A stretch of 64,000 nucleotides of DNA. It comes from the human T2T-CHM13v2.0 reference genome, Homo sapiens. How positions within the stretch are numbered: the stretch's first letter is position 1; every line of letters starts with the position of its first letter. The position numbers were made by a program, and so were the translations under genes. The stretch lies in assembly GCF_009914755.1 (NCBI RefSeq), contig NC_060940.1; one strand, written 5' to 3'. This document shows positions 39,610-64,000 of the stretch, in pieces. Under the pieces are notes generated by a model. That model ran no database searches and was not told where the DNA came from. It saw only the letters and a list, made by a program, of their open reading frames with translations.

Positions 39610-41902
39610 TTATCATTCTGTACCAGGCCCCACAAATGATGTAGCCAGCCCTGCACACCCGCCTTGCTCACCAGTTGCCCAAAGTGGCTGACCTGGAAGG
39701 ATCCTTCATACTCTGAAGCCCGCGGTGCTTATGTCTTGGGAACTGCATCCTTTACTCTGAACAAAGGGCAGCCAGGTAGAAGAGGCTGTAGACAGGCCCA
39801 GAAGAACCTCACAGTCTCTATCTTTCCCTTCCATCTGGTAGGTTGGGCTGCCCGAGCTTCCCCTGCACAGGGCGCCCCGCAGGAAACTTGTTTCAGACAG
39901 AGCTGTATATTCTCCCAGTGAGGTGACAAAGTCAGGAGGAAGGAAACCTCAGGTCGGGCTGGAGAACTCTTTGCTGAGCTTGTTCACTGCTCCTGGCATC
40001 CCCACTATGCAGAGGAAAAGGGGACTCCCCAAGCAGTGGGATCCCCCGCTTCCCAGCCCAGGCTCTGTCTGCCTTGGCAGAGGCTGGGCTGGCTGAGCAC
40101 CTGTGGGCAGCCACGCACCTCAGGATGTTGCGCTACAGCCTGACCCTATAGAAAGCCAAGTGCAAACGCTGCTCATTAACCTCCACTCCCAAGAATCAGG
40201 CTGCTTGGCCTTGTCTCTGCTGTGGCCCCACCACTCGAGCCCTTCCTGCCAGGCTTGGAACCTCGATGGCCATTTAGGGACAGCATCTAAGCCACCTTTG
40301 CAACCTTGGCCTTGGAATGGGCTGTTGCACAGGGAGCTCAGCAAATGTTCCTCCAAGTGCCTCAGGTCCCGATTCCCTCTCATCATCCCTAGAATAGCTT
40401 TTCCTTTTGAGATGCTCAGGACAGGCAGACACAGGCCTCCTGTTCCCAAGAAGCAGAGAAGGGGACATGGGGCTGCAGGGCCAACACAGGGAGAGTCTTC
40501 CTGAGTCCTCCTCCTGCCAGCTGGTTTTTGCAGCTGCGGCCAGCCCTGGAGGCAGGAGACACAGCCCCCGGGTTCTGCGGCAGCGCCTGCCCCCGTTCCT
40601 CCAAGACGGCGTTCTGGGTGCTCTGAGCAAAACTGGATGCTGGCAGGAAGCAGCTCAGCCCTGGCCTTCACGGGAAGGGCAGGCACCCTCTCCTGACCTG
40701 GGGCTTCCCAGGCCCTCCTTTGGCACGTACTGAACTGTTTGTGGAACCATCTATGCCACCTCCCTCTTCCCTCCCAGGCTGAGACAGGACAGAGCCGCTC
40801 TTTGGAGCTCCTTGTCCCTGTGCAAGGCCAGGGAAGCAGAGGGCAGGGGAGGAGCTGGGAGGAGCTGGCAGGACCAGCGCTGCTTCGGCTTCGCAGCCTC
40901 CACCTCCAAAACCAGACAGAGCAGGAAAATCAGACTCCAGGCCTGGGAGGGCAATGAGTCCAAACGCCTTCCCCTTCCTGGCTCTCACCCAGAAGTCCTC
41001 CAAGATGCCAGAGCAAGGGCTTTTCATCTTTACTTTCCTCCTGAAACCTGAGACCCCATGAAATCAACAAGGAGCAAGTGAGTACTTCCCGGAGGAAGCT
41101 TTACCTCTCAGCTGCTTCTCAGGGAATATCTACCCCAACGCTGAACTCCTGAAGATTTCAGTTAAATGCGACCCTCAGCCTGATCCCACGGAGAGCCGCA
41201 GGGTGTGAACTGCACATCTGAGATTGTCTTTGTTTTTTTGAGATGGAGTTTCACTCTGTTGCTGAGGCTGGAGTGCAGCGGAGCAATCTTGGCTCACTGC
41301 AGCCTCTGCCTCCCGTGTTCAAGGATTCTCCTGCCTCACCTTCCTGAGTAGCTGGGACTCCGGGCACACACCACCCCAACCTGGCTAATTTTTGTATTTT
41401 TAGTAGAGATGGAGTTTAACCATGTTATCCAGGCTGGTCTCAAACTCCTGACCTCAAGTGATCCACCCACCTCGGCCTCCCAAAGTGCTGGGATTACAGG
41501 CATGAGCCACTGCTACCAGCCTGAGATTGTCCTGTCACCTACAACACCTGGCCCACCCTGAAAGTCACAAAAGTCACATCTCCCCCTTCTCATTCCAGTC
41601 TAAGGATAAACACCCGCAGCACTTCTCAGAGAAATTTGCACACCGGAGGATACTTTCCAAAGTCCTTTCACATCGTGTACAGGAGCCCTGTGACCTAAGA
41701 AGAGCAAATGTCTTTACCCCGTTTCTCAGATGAGTAAACAGAGGCCCAGGGAGACAAAGTTAACTTGCACAAGGCCATGAAGCATTTTGCCAGAAGTGGG
41801 GATGTAATCAATCCACGCACGATTCCCAGGCATGGAATCTTTCCAGTACCCTAGTGCTCACCCACACTCTCCGCCAGAACTTTTTTTTTTTTTTTTTTTT
41901 GA

Positions 41903-42085
<183 letters not shown>

Positions 42086-42640
42086 TAGCCAGGATGGTCT
42101 CGATCTCCTGACCTCGTGATCCGCCTACCTCGGCCTCCCGAAATGCTGGGATTACAGGCATGAGCCACTGCACCCGGCCGACCTGTTTCATTCTGCTTTC
42201 TTCCCATCTGGCTACTGACCTCCCCTGTCCCGGTGTCATCTGCTGTCATTCATGATGACCCTGCTCATTAGCTGCCCTACCTGTGCTCCATGCACTCAGC
42301 TGTGGCGATGCAGGAGGAAGTCCACCTGGGGAGTCCACTCCTGAGCCAGGAGTCCAGAGCAAGCATCTCCAGCCCGCTTCCAGGTGCTTGGCCCCGTGAT
42401 GGTTCATTCATTTATTCTCCAGACCCCTACTGAGCACCTGCCTCATGCCCAGCCCTGAGCAGACAGCAGTGAGCAGGTTCCCACCCTCACTCTCTGGTGT
42501 AGAGCTGTCCTCTCTGGTAGCAAGTGCTGAGAGAGGGGCCCAAAACCAACCGTACCTCCACCAGGTGATCTGGCCGCGGGAAGCACAGGGGTGGCATCAC
42601 CTGACTTCCCAGCCCTCCTTGAAGCTGACTCTTGCCTTTA

Positions 42641-42916
<276 letters not shown>

Positions 42917-43615
42917 TCACATCATTGCACTCCAGCTTGGATTTCAGAGTGCGACTCCTCAAAAAAAAAAAAAAAAAAAAAAGCCAGCCGGGCACAGTGG
43001 CTCACGCCTGTAATCCCAGCACTTTGGGAGGCCAAGGTGGGTGGATCACCTGAGGTCAGGAGGTCAAAACCAGCCCGACCAATGTGATGAAACCCCATCT
43101 CTACTAAAAATACAAAAACTAGCCAGGCATGGTGGCGTGCACCTGTAGTCCCAGCTACTCGGGAGGCTGAGACAGGAGAATCGCTTGAACAAGGAGGCGG
43201 AGGTTGCAGTGAGCTGAGACGGTGCTATTGCACTCCAGCCTGGGCAGCACGAGTGAAACTCCATCTCCCAAAAACAAACAAAACAAACAAGCCACGTGAT
43301 CTGAGACTCAGCCTACAAGTGCTGGCTTTGTCAGTCCCATGTTCTGACCAGGGCCTCATTGACCATTGCATTCCATGCGGGGTGAAGCTAGTAGAGAGCG
43401 GCCTTGTGCGAAGGCAGTAAGGCCTGGAGCTGGGTGCCCTGAGTATCTGTGATGTCATCTAACTTCTTGAAACCGTGTATCGGTCATGAGGCAGGAGAGC
43501 GAGATCTCATTGCTCTCTCAAGGTGTTCTCCATGCGGCCCTGGACACATCTGTTAACTGTTCTGTAAGACGCGGGTATTAATAGCACCTGCTTTGTGAGA
43601 TGATTTTGAGGATTA

Positions 43616-43819
<204 letters not shown>

Positions 43820-43977
43820 TCACCCAGGTGGGAGTTTAATGACGTGATCACTGCACCCTCGGACTCCTGGGCTCAAGCAATCCTCCTACCTCATTCTTCC
43901 AAAGAGCTGGGATTACAGGCACGAGCCACTGTGCCTGGCCCAATGTCTCTATTTTTTATTTATTTATTTTTTTTTGA

Positions 43978-44313
<336 letters not shown>

Positions 44314-45390
44314 TGAGACTAGTCTTGCTCTGTCACCCAGCGGGGAGTGCAATGGTGAGATCTCAGCTCACTACAACCTCCACCTCCCGGGTTCAAGCGA
44401 TTCTCCTACCTCAGTCTCCTGAGTAGCTGGGATTACAGGCGTGTGCCACCACACCTGACTAATTTTTTGTATTTTTAGTAGAGACAGTGTTTCACCGTGT
44501 TGGCCAGGCTAATCTCAAACTTCTGACCTCAGGTGATCCACCCACCTCGGCCTCCTGAAGTGCTGGGATTACAGGCATGAGCCATTTTCTTTCTGCCCAG
44601 CTATTTTTTTTTTTGCATTTTTTGGCTAGACGGGGTCTCACCCTGTTGCCCAGGCTGATCTCAAACTCCCGTCCTCAAGCGATCCTCTTGCCTTGGCCTC
44701 CCAAAGTGCTGGCATTACAGGCATGAGCCACTGCACCTGGCCTTCGCTTTGAATTAAAGTGGCAGGCAGGAAGAAGCATCATCTCAAAAATTGATGGTGA
44801 CAGCGGCAGCGACTACATCTAGCTTGCACAGGTGGCAGCTTCTGTCCCACTTCGGTGGTGCCAATTGTAGCTTCTGTGCCAGCAGAGGCTGTGGGGTCTT
44901 CACCTGGCCAGCTTTGCCCAATGTCCTCTTCCTGATTTGATTTTCTGACCCTTTTGAGCTCCTGGGAACTAGCCAGGACCTCTGACCAAGTCCCTTTCTG
45001 CTTAGAGTTGCCAGAATTAGTTTCTGTTGGTTAAAACTAAGAACCTTGATTCTCACAAAAATAGGACCAGGACTGGACAGAGCAAGAAGCCCCAAAGGAA
45101 ACAGGAGCAATTGAAGGCTGGAAAGTGGCCAGAGGACAGTGAAAATCCAGCTGGTATTAAGGGACAGGACACCAGCAGCCCCATGGCACGCCCTGGCAAG
45201 ACAGCTAATCCCATTGTCCCCGGGAACAAAGTACCCATCAAAGGCAAGGCTTTGGGGGACCTAATGGCTCCTGCCATAGAAGAGAATAAAGATTACACTG
45301 AAGTCAAGATCTGCTGGGCAGGGCGGTCATGTTAACAGCGCCACATAGCTTAAATGAAAAGACAAGCTCAGAATCCAAATTCTTGGCTCA

Positions 45391-45693
<303 letters not shown>

Positions 45694-45913
45694 TTACAGA
45701 ATGACCAAGGGGACCCACACCTTAAAAGGTCTTTATTTGGGAAAGAGTGAAATGTGGAGACCAGAGGCTATGAAAATTAGGCTGTGTGGAAAGATAGGGA
45801 AGCCTTAGGTACCTAGCCCCTCCCCTCCCCACCACCCTTGCCAGCCAAAGCTTCCTCTTTGTCACTGAAGATCCTAGTAGCAGGAACTCCCTTGCGGGCA
45901 GTTAGGTGTTCTA

Positions 45914-46595
<682 letters not shown>

Positions 46596-46859
46596 GGGTG
46601 GGACGGATGGCAGTTATTTCCAGGGTGGGCTGTAGCCTCTTCCTCCAACCTACATCTCCTGTTTCCCAAGCTGGTAACCTGGATGCCCTGGGTGACCTAA
46701 GAAGCCATGTGCTAAAGATGTCAGGACCTCAGTCGGCCGGGGTTCCCCCTTCCCCATTTCAGTTGAGGGAGGAAGAGCCTTTCAAGAGCGAGAGCTAGCC
46801 AGCAGCTAGCATTTCCCTATGTAACACACCCTGTAATGACCCTGCCCCGAAGGAGTCTC

Positions 46860-47190
46860 CTTATAAGCCCTACCCCTCATTTTCTCCAGAATTAAATGAC
46901 AAGTCACATCCCCGCAGGCCCCAGGGGCCAAATCTAGGAGGGTACTGAATCATCAAAAAACTCCAGGGGGAAGATACTGAATCACCAAAAGAAACTAAAG
47001 ATTTTGCTAATTGATATTGGCTTACTCACAGTACATGGTTGGCTAAAAAAATTTTTTTAATTGATATTGGCAAAAATCTGGGAAGGTGATCTGAGAATGA
47101 ATTCTGAGGGTGCAGGATGGGTGAGGGAGGAAGGGGATGCTAGATAGGGATGAATGTACCGATATTGAGGATTCCACAGGGACAGCTTGA
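46860..47190 (+). mobile_element. Degenerate ERVL-class internal (gag-like) fragment
   Basis: Broken frames resemble ERVL gag 'PKELxDFANLY-QKxGE--WEWILRV-D-GGR---LD--EFID'; small internal duplications. Confidence 0.5.
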
Positions 47191-47390
47191 GAAGCTGGGA
47201 TTATAGGCGTGAGCCACAGCGATAATGTAGTACTTTCAATGCTGAAATCAGGACAGTGCCAGGCAAACTCGGACAATTGGTCAACCTAGCTGTTAAGTAA
47301 CTAACTTGCTCTAAATCACAGTTATTAAGTGGCAGGGCCTGTATTCAAATGCAGGTGGGCTGACTTCAGATTCAAATTGTTTGCTTTTGC

Positions 47391-47555
47391 CAGTGGTTCT
47401 CAATCTTGAGCATGCAAACCTGGAGGCCTTGTTAAAATTCAGATAGCCCCATCTTCAGGGTCTCCAATTCAGTAGGTTGGGGCCGCCGAGAATTTGCCTA
47501 ACCAGCTCCCTGGTGATGCTGAGGCTGCTGGACTGGGAAGACTGGGAACCAACTG
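47391..47555. mobile_element. MER5A-like DNA transposon (a similar element lies at 9060-9215)
   Basis: cagtggttctcaa...ttgttaaaa...ttcagtagg...ggtgatgctga. Confidence 0.65.
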
Positions 47556-47714
47556 AGAAGACCTTTGTATTTGGCTTTCTCACCTCCAGATAAGGGCTTT
47601 TTAACTTTTATTTTGTGAGACAAGGTCTCAATCTCTCACTCACGCTGAAATACAGCTTATGATCATGGTTCACTGCAACCTCAAACTCTTGGGCTCAAGC
47701 AATCCCCTGCCTCA

Positions 47715-48065
<351 letters not shown>

Positions 48066-48082
48066 TCAAAAAAAAAAAAAAA

Positions 48083-48484
48083 GTAAAGAAATAAAACAAT
48101 GGCTACTCCATAGAGCAGCCCCGAGGGCTGCTGGTTGCTCATTTTTATGGTTATTTATTGATTATATGCTAAAGAAGGGGTGGATTATTCATGCCTCCCC
48201 TTTTTAGACCATATAGGGTAACATTCTGGCGTTGCCATGGCATTTGTAAGCTGTCTTGGCGCTGGTGGGAGTGTAGCAGTGAGGACGACCAGAGGTCATT
48301 CGCATCACCATCTTGGTTTTGGTGGGTTTTGGCCGCGGCTTCTTTACTGCTTGTGCCGGCCTCTCATCTCATCCTGTGACTTAGAATGCCTCCACCACCT
48401 GGGAACACAGCCCAGTAGGTCTCAGCCTCATTTTACCCAGCGCCTACTCAAGATGGAGTTGCTCTGGTTCAAAGGCCTCTAACA
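48083..48484 (-). mobile_element. MER41-family ERV1 LTR (MER41A-like), 3' part lost at an Alu
   Basis: Minus strand starts TGTTAGAGGCCTTTGAACCAGAGCAACTCCATCTTG; interior reads ggattattcatgcctcccctttttagacc. Confidence 0.85.
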
Positions 48485-48837
48485 GAAGCTAAACACAGGT
48501 GGGGGCTTTCAAAGAAGCAGATCCAATGCCCACTGCCCTTCCTCACTCCCCTAATAGATGTAGGGCACCATGGACTTTTACAGACTGAGGGACATACTCT
48601 GGATGAGAATAGTTTACCTGGGAACACAGCCCAGTAGGTCTCAGCCTCATTTTACCCAGCGCCTACTCAAGATGGAGTTGCTCTGGTTCAAAGGCCTCTA
48701 ACAGAAGCTAAACACAGGTGGGGGCTTTCAAAGAAGCAGATCCAATGCCCACTGCCCTTCCTCACTCCCCTAATAGATGTAGGGCACCATGGACTTTTAC
48801 AGACTGAGGGACATACTCCGGATGAGAACAGTTTACC
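48397..48837. repeat. 219-bp tandem duplication
   Basis: 48397-48615 repeated at 48616-48834 with 2 mismatches. Confidence 0.95.
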
Positions 48838-48999
48838 CTATCAAGGAAAAGTAAGTTCCCCAGATGAAACGCCACAGATAACAGGCATATTGTAAGTCAG
48901 GCTTTGTACGTTTTCCAAAACTCACTACAGGGATCCCCTTTGAGGTGCAGAATCTTGTATCACAATAATCACGATTCCTTGGCCAAGGCCTTTTGATGT

Positions 49000-50238
<1,239 letters not shown>

Positions 50239-50241
50239 TCA

Positions 50242-50556
<315 letters not shown>

Positions 50557-50999
50557 TCAATCTCTCTGCCTTCATTTCTTCCGCTGTAAACTGGGACAGT
50601 GATAACCCCTTGTGGGTGATGTCTGAGGAGCTGGGTGAGGGAGCGGGACTGCACAGGCTCTGACTACCATTGGCCCTGGTGCGATGACACTCCGCCGGTG
50701 GGGGCAACACACACGCGTCGTCTCCCAGACATTCAGAGCAACTTCTATTAATACCCTGCCTGCCTGGGCCCCAGCCATGAGAACTGCCCCTCACTGAGGC
50801 AGAGTCTGGTCTTCCTCTTCTTGGGGAGACCCAGAACTTCCAGAGAGTGTCCTGGACCATGAAGGTGACCAGGAAAGGGAATAGGTGGGTGGAGGCCGCT
50901 GCAGTGAAGCCTCAGGCCCCCTCTGGTCTCTCCAGGGTCATCCTGGATCATCTGAATTTCCCTTTGAAATGAGCATGCACAGGTTCAGCTGATTCATAA

Positions 51000-51005
51000 T
51001 TTAAT
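51000..51005 (-). terminator. CLEC18 polyadenylation signal ATTAAA
   Basis: tttaat on + strand, ~350 nt downstream of the stop. Confidence 0.65.
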
Positions 51006-51358
51006 ACCCCGTGGGGTTCATGCCACAGGGAAGCTCCGCTGCCCCACAGGGTCTGGGCCAGGTGGAAGAGAGCAGCCTTTTTGGACCACTGGCGGTGTCC
51101 TCTCCTTCGCCATCTAATTGAAGCCCATCTTCCCAATCAAAAGCAGGCGAAGGGCCCCAGCTTCTTCTAACACTCACTCCCTGGCCCTCACTGGCCTCCC
51201 TGCCTCTCTCTGCCCAACTTCTGGCATTGTGCAAGGTCTGAGACCTCTTTGGACATGAGGCATGTGGTCTTAACCTGGCCCTTGTTCCAGACAGGTGGGC
51301 AGACAGGTAAGCAGAGCCGGTGCTCCCAGGGCAGGCGAGGGAGCCATGTGGTCAGGCC

Positions 51359-63720
<12,362 letters not shown>

Positions 63721-64000
63721 TCAGGCTGGGCTGGTGGACAAAAGAGGGGGGCTGGTGGACAAAAGAAGGAGGCTGGTGAGTGAGTAATCAGTGTGTCCAG
63801 ACAGCCTCCTGTTGGCGCTGGCATGAAAAGAGACAACTCCGGGGGATGCCTGCCTGCTCCGGCCTCGGCCTGGCCAGCCCGCCCCCGACAGCAGGCAGAG
63901 TGGCGTGCACTGACCCGCGGCCCCTGCTAATCATTGTGGGATTATTAGCACCCTTGGGGAGCCCCCAGAGACCCCGCTGATTGGCCTGGGGACATTCCGG

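Noticed and set aside
39930-41050. Non-repetitive GC-rich stretch with overlapping 100-190 aa ORFs
   Set aside because: No consistent exon structure or recognisable protein; may be regulatory, but I cannot support a call.

Overview
Human (primate) genomic DNA, very Alu-rich, built as a mosaic of three segmental-duplication blocks. (1) 1-~16836: the 5' part of a PDPR paralog on the minus strand, with a CpG-island promoter at ~9.8-10.9 kb and the first coding exon at 2783-3009. (2) ~16837-~38120: a ~21 kb LCR16a core duplicon carrying a complete 7-exon NPIPB gene (+ strand, 443 aa, NPIPB15-like) and an orphan PLA2G10 exon. (3) ~38120-64000: repeat-rich spacer, an orphan CpG island, and a complete 13-exon CLEC18 gene (- strand, 455 aa, CLEC18B-type). 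From recall (not searched), the order and spacing fit PDPR2P-NPIPB15-CLEC18B on chr16q (~74.36-74.42 Mb, GRCh38). There are no tRNA, rRNA or CRISPR features, and I found no new gene system. The most interesting signals concern how NPIP coding sequence was built from Alu DNA: a 52-nt exact copy of a neighbouring intronic Alu sits inside exon 2, and the C-terminal basic repeat is amplified from an Alu right arm. There is also a recurring signature of short locally templated copies with microhomology (7983, 16199, 16790, 37035, 48397), one of them at the inferred LCR16a insertion junction. Gene names and repeat subfamilies rest on recalled sequences. Exon coordinates were derived by hand from splice sites and reading-frame arithmetic.
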